A stretch of 64,000 nucleotides of DNA from Marsupella aquatica. Taxonomy: Eukaryota > Plantae > Marchantiophyta. Both the position numbers and the translations under genes were made by a program. The stretch covers positions 30,075,012-30,139,011 of the forward strand of contig OZ316891.1 of assembly GCA_973895155.1 (NCBI GenBank), read 5' to 3'. Under the pieces are notes generated by a model. That model was not told where the DNA came from. It ran no database searches and worked only from the letters and a program-made list of their open reading frames with translations. Below are positions 1 to 12,633 of this stretch, piece by piece (positions within the stretch are counted from its first letter, which is position 1; each line of letters begins with the position of its first letter).

Positions 1-1523
1 TGAGCCCCAAGTAGTGAGGGGGAAATTTAGTTAGGTTTGCGAATTTAAGGTGGGTTCAAGGCCAGAGCTTGCTAGAATCTTTAACCGCAGCTTGCTGTAG
101 ATGTTCTTATATTCTCATGTACAAGCCACTCTACTCTGCTGTAGGTCGTCCCCATCAGCATTACGCAGAGACGGTCGAACGCATTAAAGTTCCTTCTGGA
201 TGTGTGACCCTTCTGTGGCATGGGTATTCATTGTACATGTCTGTCCGTCCATCGCTGGAAGAGCTGTGAAACACTCCTGTCTATCATCGATGGGAATTTA
301 CCATTGAATGTTTTTGACATTGGTTTCACAAGTTCATTTTAGTCTGCCGGGCTATAGAAGGGAAGTTTTGACGCTACAGGTGCATCAGGCCATTGAACGG
401 CACTCAGGCTACTGTAATCATTTGTAACGAAGCTGGCTCTGCCTATGGACATTTGAGCTGCAGTCGAGTGCAATTACAGAGTACTATCATGAAACATGGG
501 TACGCTCAAGCCTGGCTCGAGGGCTATTGCAGCGAGCTGACAATAACATCAAGAAGTTGGTATTCAGGAAGCGAAGAGTTATGGTGTGTATAAGTTACTA
601 CATGTGCGAGGTGTGCAAATCTTGGACTCCGATTTCTAGTTCGAAGTGGCTTTTGAACCAACTCCGGTCGTCTCGGGATTGGGAAGGAAAATCTTTCAGA
701 CTGAGGAGTTTATGGGTGACTTCTCTTGTCTTGGTTTGTTGAAGACGTGGAGGATCCTATGAGGGATGTGCCAGACAAAGTGAACATTAAATGCATGATG
801 GGGAGTCCGGGGTGGAAATCGATGAGTGTGAAGGCTGCCTACATCTACATATCGTCTGTCTTTCTCACTTAAAATGTAATGAGCTCGCCAGAATTGGTTT
901 GCAGCCAGCTTGGGTGAATCTTGGCACGTTTGGCTTGTCCATCATGGCGATCAATGAAAGTACTGGAGCCATGTCGGTGCATTACTTTCCACTCCACTCA
1001 CTTCCTAACGTTACAGAGGACGTCAGAAAACGCCAGCCGTTGTTAGAGACCTGAAGTGCGTTACACTCTACTTACTTCCTAATTGTACGAGACCTGACGG
1101 GCGTGCATGAGGGATAGGTCGCGATTATCATATACATAAAGAGCCACTAGCCACAACAAAAATATGGTTAACAGATTGCACCGTCTTTTTTCCTGAAATT
1201 GTGGAGACAAATGTGAAAAAGGAAGAAATCTTGTACACTTCTCCTTTGTATATGGCCAATGGTGGTTTAAGATTTCTAGTGACACTCACAAGGTTTTTTG
1301 ATTCCAGATCCAGCTCCAACAGTTTCCAAGCCCTAACAGTTTCCAGTCCACAATCACTATAATCCAGTTTCCAGTCAACAATCACTATAATCCAAAAGAG
1401 CTACAGAAGACTATTAAATGCTTAACACTTTACTTCCGACTGAGTGTAGGGTTTTATAAATTATTCAAAAGTTGTGTCGTCCCACGGCGCACAAACAAAT
1501 ATTGTAGCTCCTCTGCAGACATT

Positions 1524-1740
1524 TACACTCAACAGGGGCAGACCCCAAAACAACAAGGGGTATAAACTACACTCAACAGGGGCAGACACCAAAACAACAA
1601 GGGGTATAAACTACACTTCAACTGCCAAGGTTTTCAATGGACAATAGTTTGATCCTTGTGGCATCAAAACAACAAGGGGTATAAACTACACTTCAACTGC
1701 CAAGGTTTTCAATGGACAATAGTTTGATCCTTGTGGCATG
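1524..1740. repeat. Short nested tandem duplications (~45 bp x2 and ~75 bp x2)
   Basis: TACACTCAACAGGGGCAGAC..CAAAACAACAAGGGGTATAAAC occurs twice, followed by TACACTTCAACTGCCAAGGTTTTCAATGGACAATAGTTTGATCCTTGTGGCAT twice. Confidence 0.85.
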
Positions 1741-2774
1741 TGTCTGGTGAGGACTCTGCCTCCATCCAGTTTCTCATTGTGTTGTGTGATAGTCAATGCC
1801 TCTTGACCTCCATTCCTGGAAGAATGATGGTCTGCCTACATGAGCTTCTGTGTCTGTTCACACATTTGCATCTGTTCAAAGGTCATAGTTGCCCTAGAAA
1901 ACAGTAAATAGGGTATGCACCATGACTCTGGCTTGTATTGGCCAATTGTGCACAGGTAACTTTGTAAGAGGGTTTGAACAATCCTTCCTGACAAGTGAAC
2001 TGTCACTAGGCATATAAAAGGGGGAAGTGTGCAAGGCCTTTTTGTTCACTTCCTCTCATTCTTATATTCTCTCGTTCCATATTGCTCCACAAATTCAAGA
2101 AAAGATACTATTTATGGTGAAACCAAGTTTTTGTCAAGGCTAGTGGTGGTTTAAGAACAAAGGGCATGGTTGCATTTACATTCATATCACCAAAAAATGC
2201 GGTTCATTTACCACCTATGTAGTTATCCAAATCCCACCAGGTTTTTGTCATGGCTAGTGGTAATTAAAGAACAATGGGCACGGTTGCATTGAAGGTTCAC
2301 TTACCCACCTACTGTAGTTATCCAAATCCCAGTTTCAGTCATGCAGGTTTGAGATGCCTTAATGGAGAGACAAATGCCTAGTAGCAGTGTATTTTTTAAG
2401 GATTTTTATGTTTAGCCAATGTGACTAGTGTCGGGCTTCTCTAAGGGAGGAGATTCTAGTAACATTCTCTATCAGATTTTCCTGAATTAAATCGTGACTG
2501 TCAGATATCCCTGGATTTTAAGGAGGATGGTTAGATTCTAGCAAATGGGGATCATGATTTGGGGAAAAGTGGCTAATGGTGATAAAAAAATCTAGCGAAT
2601 AATAGCCAAAAGTGGGGAGGTGGAATTTAGCAAAAATTTGCACTTGAAAAATAGGCTGTTGTTTCTCTTGCCTCGAGAGATATTTCTTGAACTGAAAAAC
2701 CAATTAATGCGCCAATCTTCACTACGGTACACGATCCCCAGCCAGCCAGGCTCCTAACTCCTCACTCGGAAAAG

Positions 2775-2967
2775 GAGGTATTTGCTTGATCTACCCCCAA
2801 AAGGAAACTTGGTACTTGATCAACCCCCTGAGGTCTATCAAAGGTCCAAATTTGAGATCGAAAGGACAATCAACGGTCCAGATTGGGGAAAAGTATCAAG
2901 GGGGAAAGTATCCAGGGGGTTGATTAAACAAACTTTTTGTAGGAGGGGTCTACTAAGCATATCTCTC
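2775..2967. mobile_element. Mutator-like MITE (~193 bp)
   Basis: CTCGGAAAAG is repeated directly at 2765-2774 and 2968-2977 (9-10 bp TSD). Imperfect ~55-bp terminal inverted repeats start with GAG and share the ATCAACCCCCTG / CAGGGGGTTGAT core. Confidence 0.7.
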
Positions 2968-4207
2968 CTCGGAAAAGGGAGGTAAAGTCCAATCTCGTTT
3001 TGAAGGAATGCCCCTCTCGTACAGGTCGTGGGGCTCCACGTTCTTTTACGGAACAACGTACAACACGCTCTCCATGCTCATTTCAATTAAAATGCATTCA
3101 GGAATGAATTGCATTGGTTGTGGGCCCGGAATTTATTGCTCGACTGGGTCCTTAGCTCCGCGGTAGACATGGCAGAACCAGAGAAAGCTGGTGGTCGCTG
3201 CCTTTCGTTGACAATGCAGTGGAACAGGTTCTTGATTCAGGTCTCACCTGGCCGTGGACATCTCTCAACGAAAAACAAGCAAGCAAGTGAAGGGCTATCA
3301 AGTGCAATTGATGGTGATCTCATGCGGATGCGAGTAACTAGTGATTGGACACAGCTATTTCTGCCTCGCTCACGTATTCCAATTTAATAATCCTTCATTG
3401 CAGAGGATTCTTCTGTCCTACTGGTGAGGGTTAACATGGAAATATGATGAATGGATCTAATGCTTTCATCTACTGCTTTCATCTACTGTACATAGTTACC
3501 CATTTTGATCCTTCCTAGAAAATCGGAGGTTGCCCCTCATTGTGGTAGTAGTCTTTTCCGAGACAGTGAGGCTGGAGCGAGCTTACGTCATTTTACGATC
3601 CAATAGGTTTGAAATGGTCTTTTGATTGAATGCATCAGGTTAGTAGACTACCTATTGTGCATTTCTGGTCTTACATGAGATCATGAAGTGGACTCAGTGT
3701 GATCCCGCAGTTTGTTTCGTGACAAGGAAGGTTATTCATTCATCTCAGGTGGAGCGATTGAGGGGCCCTTTAGTTCTTCAGCTCAGCTGATTGACCTCTT
3801 CCAGTCATCCTCGAGAAATGTGGCCTGGTCCAGTGGATGGTCAGAGTGGTCGTTTTCCAGTCGTCGAGAAGCGGAGGTGATCCATGTGGTTCGAGCGTGA
3901 CACCAACAGTACCTTTACGATGTCGGTGGGAATTTACGATATTGAAAATAATGACATTGACTTCAATTGTATAGAAGCAGGGTCTCTATTTGAGAAAGTA
4001 CTTCAACCAATGAATAAAATTTAGAATCTAGCGACTGAACTCGCTACTTTGAGCCTGCACAACTTCGACCAATGACTAAAATTTAGAATCTAGCGACTGA
4101 CAGGGTTTCCAGCCAAAAAATAAGTTCGCGAGGATCAAACCGCCTCACAAGGTTCTGGTAGGATCTTTCGCAGGGGCTTTCCTACTTCTTATCGGAGGCC
4201 TCTGGTT

Positions 4208-5005
4208 TTGTATGATAGTCAGCATCCTCAGTTTTCCGTGGCAGGGTGGGCAGAATATTTTCAATATCATCATTCGTTTCAATCGCGTCCTAAGACCTTG
4301 CTAATAGTTTTATCTACGCTTGATATCGACCAGTATCGAGAGCACAGCACCTACTTTGATGAAGTTAGGATTGTGGAACCCTTTGTTGTGAATGAAAAAG
4401 TCCTGCAAGATAGCCTCTCACTGCTGCATATATTTATGGAATCAGACTGACTTTGACAAACTGGTTTATGAGCCGCCAATTCCCTGTTCGTGGACAATTG
4501 TAATTCGTTGTTGGACTATCCTCCCTTCGCAGCAGCAACAAGTCTTTTTCCACCGGATACATTCTCGACAAAAGTGATGAGCATACAGCCTGATGGGCAG
4601 ACTTACAATTTTTTTGGGAAAAGACTGCTTTCTTATGAATTCTGTAATCAGCCAGTAGAGAAATTCTTAAACGCTCACTACAGTAATTGGTATCAAAAGT
4701 CAACCCGACACCGGATCAGTCCCTCGTACATGATCAGTGCTGTTTTTGAGAGCCATCGCCAGGAGTCGTGTCTTCCCTGGAAAATCGTAAATTTCAATCT
4801 TGACTGGTACCCAGACGAGGAGGCTAATGTTACCCGACTGTGGAAGATCACTCTGTCCGATCTCAAGCTAGGAAAGAGGCCGAAAGTCGTGAGGTCACTC
4901 TGCAGAACTGTTTAAAGCGGGGATCTTGTTGCTGAGGAGTGAAGATACTTGTGGACAAATGAATTGGTTGATCACATACATTACGACTCGATCAATCTAT
5001 GCTAA
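4208..5005 (+). pseudogene. Possible decayed coding sequence, unknown product
   Basis: ORFs 4208-4450 and 4490-4915 are in the same frame, separated by three close stops, and have protein-like composition. No family recognised. Confidence 0.25.
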
Positions 5006-7696
5006 CTTCTCAGTTCACCAAGCTTTCTTGAGGTTGGTGCTCTGCATCATAGCGAATCTACTCAATGTGTACCCGTTTCCCTGCCTTCTCAAGGACCAAA
5101 AATCAAGGTGCACCAGTGGCCCTCCTGTTTTGCGCAGTTATCATATTTTGTTAGTATCTGTTGATGGGCAGTCATGTTCGTCCTCTGGAGACAGTCTACT
5201 CTCTTGGCCTTGATGTTTCAGATATGGTCAAGAAGTCTTCATGTTCTCAGCAGCGCACAGCTGCTGTTTGCATGATAAACTGCTTCTTACTGAATGATAT
5301 TGTGTTTCGGACTACTTGTTATGAAATTGCATAGTTCCCGGCATCCATCTTAACCTTTACCAGCATTGAAAGGTAACAACTTGAAGGGAGTGTTTGGTTC
5401 TCATCGTTTCTGTTCGGATTCCGGTCTATACGTTCTGTTGGTTGTCATCACCTCACCGCGCGTAGACGAAGAAAACTCGTTTGTCCAAATTAAATAGCAA
5501 CTGATAAAATGTATTCTCTCATGACAATAGGGACTTTTAGTGTTTTTGTGTCCCAACTTGTAAATTGCGGTTGACTTCTGCTATCTCGACCTTTTTTTGA
5601 AGTTTTTGAAGTTTGTTTGCTGCTGCAGTTTTTTAGGAGCAGCAACACTGACACTCAGCCCAACGCGCTGAGTATGACGTCCTTACAAGCTTTTCTCGTT
5701 GAACATCAAATCGCAACACCGAAGTGGTACCAACGGTTCTTTGACAAAATTTCCATCATCTTACTGGATTTCCACTACTGATTATCACGCACGATCCGCT
5801 CAATTGGTTCTATTTCAGGTTAGTGACATCGAAATAGTGCCGTTGCCGTTGCCGTTTTTTAAATTTTTGCTCGTCTCTTCCTATGAGCGTACCCATGCAC
5901 TTCGAAGAAGTGGCTCTAATGAAGGTGGACATCCTCTTGGTACGTTTCGATGTTCCACAGCGACGGCCAGTTCTGGTACTCCTTCCGCACACTTTTGAGG
6001 GCCAGTTATGCCCTGGCTCTACATAAACTTTTACCGGAAACATGACAGTTAAACCAGATACAAGTCCAGCTCTGAGCTCAAACTCAGTAGATTATACGTC
6101 ACGAAAACTTCTATGCACAGATAACTGCAGTTCTCATTTTATTAATTACATCATGGTGGAGGAAATGTGTTCAAGGAAAGATATTACTTTTGTAAGGTGC
6201 AAGGAAACCTATGTAGGATTATCTACAATTGAAAGCCTAGCTAGAAGCACTGGCCACACTGCTGGGACTGGTACTAGACAACCTAGGAGGCAAGATTCGA
6301 TCTCTACGTACTCAAGGCCGTGTTGGGATAAACAATATCAAATGGGATAAACAATATCAAATTTAATACAATAACAAATCTGATATAGGCACTTACCCAC
6401 AAGACCTGAGGCACAATGATATCTTTCACTCAACAATTTTTTTTACAATAATGTATTTTTCTATTCAATGATATCTTTTGCACTAGTATCTATTTCTCAA
6501 TAACATCTTTAACCAAACAACATATATCTTTTATGCAATGCATGAGGATTGAAAGGATACCAACAAAATGGTCATAGTTCGACTGTCTAGATTTGTAGTG
6601 TCTGGTCATAGTCGACTGTCTTGTAATGTCTGGTCATAGTCGACTGTCTGGTCATAGTCGACTGTCTAGATTTGTAGTCAGTCTGTCATGTACTCTGACT
6701 TGTGAGTGAAAGGTTTTATCAGAAGTGAAGCCAATTCTATATGACCCTATGAGGTGTCTACAAAGTCGCTAATTATAAATTAAATATTTATTAATCCAAT
6801 AAATCTATAATATTGATTTTTACATATAACTAATACTATTATATACCAAACTTAAAAGGAAATATTAATAACTACCGGGTACCAGGGAGGAGTCTGTTCA
6901 CACAATGATTACTACTTTACAAAGAGTTAGTGGGGCCTCACTGCTCGAGTGTGTCTTAACAGGCTTTCAAGATCAACTTTTTACGTCTAGTACATCGTGG
7001 GCTGAGGGCTTGTCACCCTAGTTGTGGACCATGGAGAAAATGAGATGATGCAACATTTGCTATGCTTTCAATCATACTAACAAATAAAAGTCAATCATTT
7101 GTGTGTAATCATATATATATTCTATATCCCTGAATTACTCTAGCGATCTATGGTCATTTTCTGAACATTTAGATCCGATGTCCATTTTTTTCATATACAG
7201 ATTGGCTTTTGCATTCATCCATTCCAAGCTTTGATAGTTGTGGCGCACAATCCAAGCTTTCTTGTATCATCATTACCGCATTAGCAGATATCAATTTCAT
7301 AAATAATTCCACTGTAGAGAAAAGGTACTTGGTGAAGATTCACAATTAACAGCAATCGAACTCAACTTGAGGTAGCTATTATAAAATCCACTTGGATTGG
7401 TCGAATATAGTAAATATAATATAAAGTACAATGCTACAAAGTTCAACGGTTTAGACATGAATTAACATAGAGAAAATACTCAACAGTCGACTTCAATCCG
7501 ATACATATATAAGCACTCAGGTACTGCACTACTGGAGCTAAACTCTCTAAATACAGGGGGTGCCAATTTAGTACCCGGGCCAATCACCTATACTGATCCA
7601 CTCCTTTGGGTGATAAGGCTACGTTTAGCGGCAAAATACCAACAAGATGGCCTGCTAGGAGCATGTTTGCAGCGCGCGCGCACGTATCATATCCAG

Positions 7697-8812
7697 TCAA
7701 AGCTGAACAGTACCCATAAATGGTTGGAAAAGGCTTAGCCCATCAGACAAATCTCCAGAGTCTGGCACTTTCTCCCACAGAACCTCTTTTTTCTCACTGC
7801 TAAAACCTTTGCTTTGAATCATGCTTGACTGGTAGGAAGCTGCATTATTAGTCCATTGCACTGCTGCTACAAGCTCATTACTCGCATGAACGGTAAGCGT
7901 TGTCTGCACATCCAGTTGGTGATTCTCTCCAAGGCCAACCCAGGACATTGAATGTTGCTGTCTCCATGAATTGGTGCCCATGTCATAAACATGGACCCCA
8001 AGGACATTCATGGAATAGAGATTCCCTTGCAAAGTGAACACATTTCCATTTTCTACGTCAGCAGGTAGGTTTACAGCTCTCCAAGCATCGGTAGCTGGAT
8101 GATAAATCTGCCAAGAGGCAGAGGAAGCTGTTTCTCCATGTCCGCCACGCAAAAGAAACTCCTCTCCCATTGTCAGAACTTGATTGAAAACCTGCCCATG
8201 ATTCATGGCCTTTATTAAGGACCACGTGTTGTACTTGGGGTCGTACATCTCTGATGAAGATGTCGGTGTTCCTTCGTGAGAGATGCCCCCAAACACATAA
8301 ATCTTGCCATTTATCACACCACATCCAAAGAATCGTCTGCCTTCTAGCATGTCTGCGAGTTTTCTCCACTCCGTCTGCCCGGCCCGCAGATCCAGCATAT
8401 AAAGACTTTTGGCGACAGCCACCTTGAAGCCCGACAGTTCACAAGGTCCTCCCAACGCAAATATCTTTCCATCCAATGGAATGACTTGCCACGACCGCGG
8501 AAGAGCAGTTTGGAAATCTGGGATCGGAGGAAGGTTACGGAAAGTCTTCTCTCGGGTGGAATACAGAGAAATGCTGTTTTCTCCTTGATCAACGCGGTCA
8601 GGAATAACTACTAGTGTCTCCGTTGACTGCGACCCAACTCTTGTATCGTGCACCAGTCCACTTTGAATTGCCTTTCGCCAACTAGTGCTTACTCCAGATA
8701 AAACTGAAAGCATTTCCCACGGCAACTTTGTAGCAATGTCGCTCAAGCTCACGTCATTTGGAAGACCAGGAAGGAGCTCGTCAAGCAATGGAAAGACATC
8801 CTTGGATTCCAT
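7697..8812 (-). CDS. F-box/Kelch-repeat protein, copy 1 (371 aa, intact, intronless CDS)
   Basis: N-terminal F-box LLPGLPNDVSL..IATKLP...VSTSWRKAI; Kelch repeats DGKIFALGG, RRFFGCGVINGKIYVFGG and SEMYDPKYNTW. First ATG at 8812 (MESKDVF). Confidence 0.92.
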   Translation of the reverse strand: MESKDVFPLLDELLPGLPNDVSLSDIATKLPWEMLSVLSGVSTSWRKAIQSGLVHDTRVGSQSTETLVVIPDRVDQGENSISLYSTREKTFRNLPPIPDFQTALPRSWQVIPLDGKIFALGGPCELSGFKVAVAKSLYMLDLRAGQTEWRKLADMLEGRRFFGCGVINGKIYVFGGISHEGTPTSSSEMYDPKYNTWSLIKAMNHGQVFNQVLTMGEEFLLRGGHGETASSASWQIYHPATDAWRAVNLPADVENGNVFTLQGNLYSMNVLGVHVYDMGTNSWRQQHSMSWVGLGENHQLDVQTTLTVHASNELVAAVQWTNNAASYQSSMIQSKGFSSEKKEVLWEKVPDSGDLSDGLSLFQPFMGTVQL

Positions 8813-8839
8813 AACGAATGAATACACAAGGAATGAAAC

Positions 8840-9116
8840 CTGCAAGTTGATTCCCAACGACAATTCCTGAAGGACCTTCTATTGTAGACTGTTTGTCAAG
8901 ACTTAAGACTTAGATAAATTTCGAGTCTTCGATCGGAACTTAACAATATGTCGATCTGCAGGGCGCGAACAACTTGCAATAATAGACAAACGTACGATGA
9001 GAAGAATGACTAAAGCAACAACCTCCTCAGTCTCCTAAGCAGGGAAGCTAGAGAAAGGCAGAGAGAGAGAGAGTGATCGATCTGTGGAGAAGTGATGGGC
9101 CCCAGTCCCTTAAATA
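8840..9116 (-). promoter_or_regulatory. Putative core promoter and 5' UTR (with possible UTR intron) of the F-box/Kelch gene
   Basis: Minus strand shows TATTTAA (~9110-9116), a (CT)n tract, a GTACGT donor-like site (~8995) and a TTGCAG acceptor (~8840) just upstream of the ATG. The donor is not conserved in copies 2 and 4. Confidence 0.4.
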
Positions 9117-10158
9117 GGTAAGTAGCCGAAGATGTTGAAAGGTTACTGATCGATGACAAAAATTAAGTCTCACTGATTCCAGACTATGTGCCTAACATTA
9201 TCCATTATATTAATTAGTCCCGGCAAAACGCCTGGTACGTCTTTCATTTTGATGTTCATGATTGCGCGGCACGTGGGCAAAGCAAGGAGTAATCCCCGCA
9301 TCCACACATGATGCCTTACGACATACACTAGGTTGTCCCGGCCACCTTGCTAGTCCCATGTTAGTAGTCAATCAGACATGATTGCAGCCCTTGTATACCT
9401 CACATCCAAACAACTGAACGTCGCTAGCTGGCTTCATTATTAACTGAATCATGGACGGAAGGAAGGAAATGTTGCCGGCTTGGCTTTCTCGCTTCGCTTC
9501 CTTTCCCCTATCTTTCGATCAACCTACAGATCAAAGGAAGGATGGACGGAATATTGTTTGAATGAAGTCAAAGCCGGAGAATAGACGTTGTACTGATTAA
9601 CTGCATTCTTACTTTTCAGCCCCGTTTTCAGCTAGAATGCATGTTACACTGACGAATGACTGACGAGTTGCAATTGAGGATGGAAGGACCTTGTCATGAA
9701 TCGCGGGATCACATACTGACGAGTGTACGAAGGGAAGGAAACTATGATGAATGACCTGGGACCCGATCATTGGAGACTAACCACTGACTGACTTGAGACG
9801 TGATGCGTTCTATCAATGTATATAAGCAGTAAGTTGATGTCTAGAGCAAGACCTCTTCAGGCCATTCCTACCGACGTCTGGGTATCTAATTGCTTACTGA
9901 GGGTGCTTAATTTCGTGTAGCGGAGCACGTATTTGAAGCTACAACTCTTCCCAAGAGCCAATAGGGCCTCGTATTATCTCAAAAGGCGATTTGTTTAGAC
10001 TTTTCTGTTCAATTAATCGCACCGGGTTTAATCGTGAAATAGAGATCAGCACCGAGGAGCAGCCGGTCGGACATTGGGAAGCTTCTCAAAAGCGCAGAAA
10101 TAGCAATTTGCATGGTCCCTTCTGACACGAACGCGAGAAAGGTACATGATTGATCAAT

Positions 10159-10930
10159 ATGGAGAGTCGGAACTCCAGCGAATATATAACACTGGCAAAT
10201 CTCCTCAAGAATGGTGAATGTGTTAGAAAGGGATCGTCTCGCCTGCCTTTGAAGTCTAGCGCTACGGACACAGCATGCACAGCGTATCTTCGAGCTGCAA
10301 AGTCACGCAGAGAGCGCAAAGACCGGTTCCGTAGTGGACTGCGGCGTCTTTGGAGACTTCTCAGCACCGTTTTTCCAACTTCGTGCCTCCCCAAGGCCTC
10401 CAGCTGTGACACTAATGCAATTGAAACTGGGCATTCCAGGTTTTCTTCGTACGTCAATAAGAGGGTAATTCAGCGGGATGTCAAAAGGAAGCTAGTGCTG
10501 TTCACAGTGGACGAGAAGTTACCCAACGCAGGAAAGCCCTGACGTTAGAGCGGATAATGTCCAGGAAGCAATCATCCCATGCTGTATATCAATTATCGAA
10601 GCTGTATAATATCCCAGAAGAAGCGCCGAGGGAAGGTTTTCTGCAGCGAAGTTACGCACTCAGCAAGCGCAAGATTCAGAGACTTGAGGGGTACGTTGAA
10701 TGTATGGAAGCTGGAACTCGCAGATCCTCAACTTGTCAAAACCTTTCTGCGAAAGTATATACGTCATCCTGAAGAAACGCCAAAATAAAGTTTTCCTCAG
10801 CGAAGCGTTGCAACCAGTAAAGCGAATCCAGGTATGAGAATCTGGAGGGTTGGATTCAGGGAGACAGGACCTCGCACTAGTTGTACTAGCTTGGTCGAAA
10901 ACTTTTCTACAACCCATCCCAAGCATCGCG
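10159..10930 (+). pseudogene. Divergently oriented orphan ORF of the array unit, copy 1 (frameshifted)
   Basis: MESRNSSEYITLANLLKNG... continues by frameshift into MSRKQSSHAVYQLSKLYNIPEEAP...; these two pieces are one continuous frame in copy 3 (49223-49834). Confidence 0.5.
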
Positions 10931-11815
10931 ACTTGTCAACCTAAAGCACAACACGACTAGCATATGCATATATGTACAAGACGGTGTTCGCTCAAAATTC
11001 GAGCTTCTAGTGGGGATTTTAGCCGTAGAAACAGACTCCAAGGCCTAGCTCTTATTCATCCGGAAACATCACAAGAGAGATATTGGTGAGCACTTGGCAA
11101 TGACTTCATCTTGAAGAAAACCAATATATTAAGAACAACCATCATGGAAGTTCGAGATAGCCACTGGAGACACTGTTTATTGTTTAGAGCTTAACAAACG
11201 TACAGACGTACTCACTAGTATATATGATTTTTGGCCGTTAATAAAATCGACTCGTGAAACAATAAAGCTTACCCCTCCGCTCAGCAATGTTCCTGGCCGG
11301 CTTTCAAGGGAATTAGTCATATAATTTTTATGTTCGAGTTCTTTTGAGATTAAAGTACGTTGAAACTCAAGTCCTTTGCTCCAAACCATATAGACATATG
11401 TATATGTAGATAGTAATCCAAGCTAATCATGAGCGTGTACTATGGCCTGCGGGTACGTCCACATTCCGCACTCTTCATTTGTATCTTGCCCAACTTCACT
11501 CTCGATCGATCTGAACCGGGTTGTCTAGAGCAACCTAGTTTCATTCGTATCAAATTAATTACAATGTTGAATTCAAGCACTTCATGATTGTATCGAGTGA
11601 GGCTTGACGTTCCGTTTGCCATAGTTCAATTATGTTTGCTTTAACAAGGCATTCTGTGTGAACCGGCCGGGGACCATGCAGGTTAGCTAAATGTTTGAAG
11701 GGCTGGAACCAGTTCAGAAATGGACAAATCCGTCTTTTAATTGCAACTTCCATTCGGTAGTGTGTCTATCCTAAGAGTAAATTCGTGAAGCTCCAATGGT
11801 CTTTTTATATAGAGA

Positions 11816-12633
11816 CGAGCCCCATGCCCGTGCATTGCACAGAAATGTCTAGGTGAGAAACTATATGAATATGAGAAAATTGAGAAAATGATCCTGAAGT
11901 TGAAGATGTCGAAGTGAGAAATGATATGAATGTGAGAAACTTGAGAAAATGATCGTGAAATTGTGAAGGAAAAAAAATGATGTGGAGGAGAGAAAAGATT
12001 TTGGGGTGTATTCATGCCTAGATTTGCTGGCTATTCTTACTCATAGTCCTGCTTTTGTAAGTTTTCAAGGAACACTCAAGTAAAGTAATACAGGAAAGGG
12101 CCAAACAACCATCAATGATAAAAAAGCAAACGAGCCTGCAAACACCTCCTTGCAATGAGTATAAGACAACACACACTCCTGGCATACAGTACTCTTCACG
12201 ATGTCCACTGAAGCGCCCATCCTTCCCTGACGGGCCCGCTTCCTGGCCGGGTATGTGCCTGGACTCTATGCCTATCCTTGCTTGGTATACGCGTCTGTTT
12301 GCAGGGCATTAGCAACAGTCCAATGATTTGCCCAATGCCCATGCAGGAAGGGGAGGCAGACATAGAAAAAATGCCTACGCGCACTCCATTGCTGTCGCCT
12401 CCCTTTGCACATGCCCCGCCCTTGAATCCCTCCTTTGCTCGCCCTTCCAACAAATGGCCAGCACCACCATACAGAGAAAAGATGTCTGAAATGAATAAAA
12501 AATATCAAGATGAAAAAACAAAATATCAAGGTGTTAAAAAAATGTTTGGAGAGAAAAAGATATCAAAATAAGAAAATCAGTTGTTTTTATACAAGAAGGC
12601 GCCACCCACCGCGCCCCCCCCCCTTCCCATCCC
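11816..12633 (-). mobile_element. Non-autonomous Helitron-like fragment
   Basis: Absent from the other unit copies. Minus-strand end reads GTGCAATGCAC (hairpin) GGGCATGGGG CTCG/T, a Helitron-like 3' end with a variant CTRR. Contains purine-rich GAGAAA repeats and replaces ~250 bp of the unit. Confidence 0.55.

Noticed and set aside
69-1385. Short ORFs at the window start
   Set aside because: No recognisable motifs or consistent exon structure.
8813-8863. N-terminal extension MSLGINLQVSFLVYSFV on the F-box ORFs
   Set aside because: It starts at TTG and spans a splice-acceptor-like site; the first ATG gives a typical F-box protein start.
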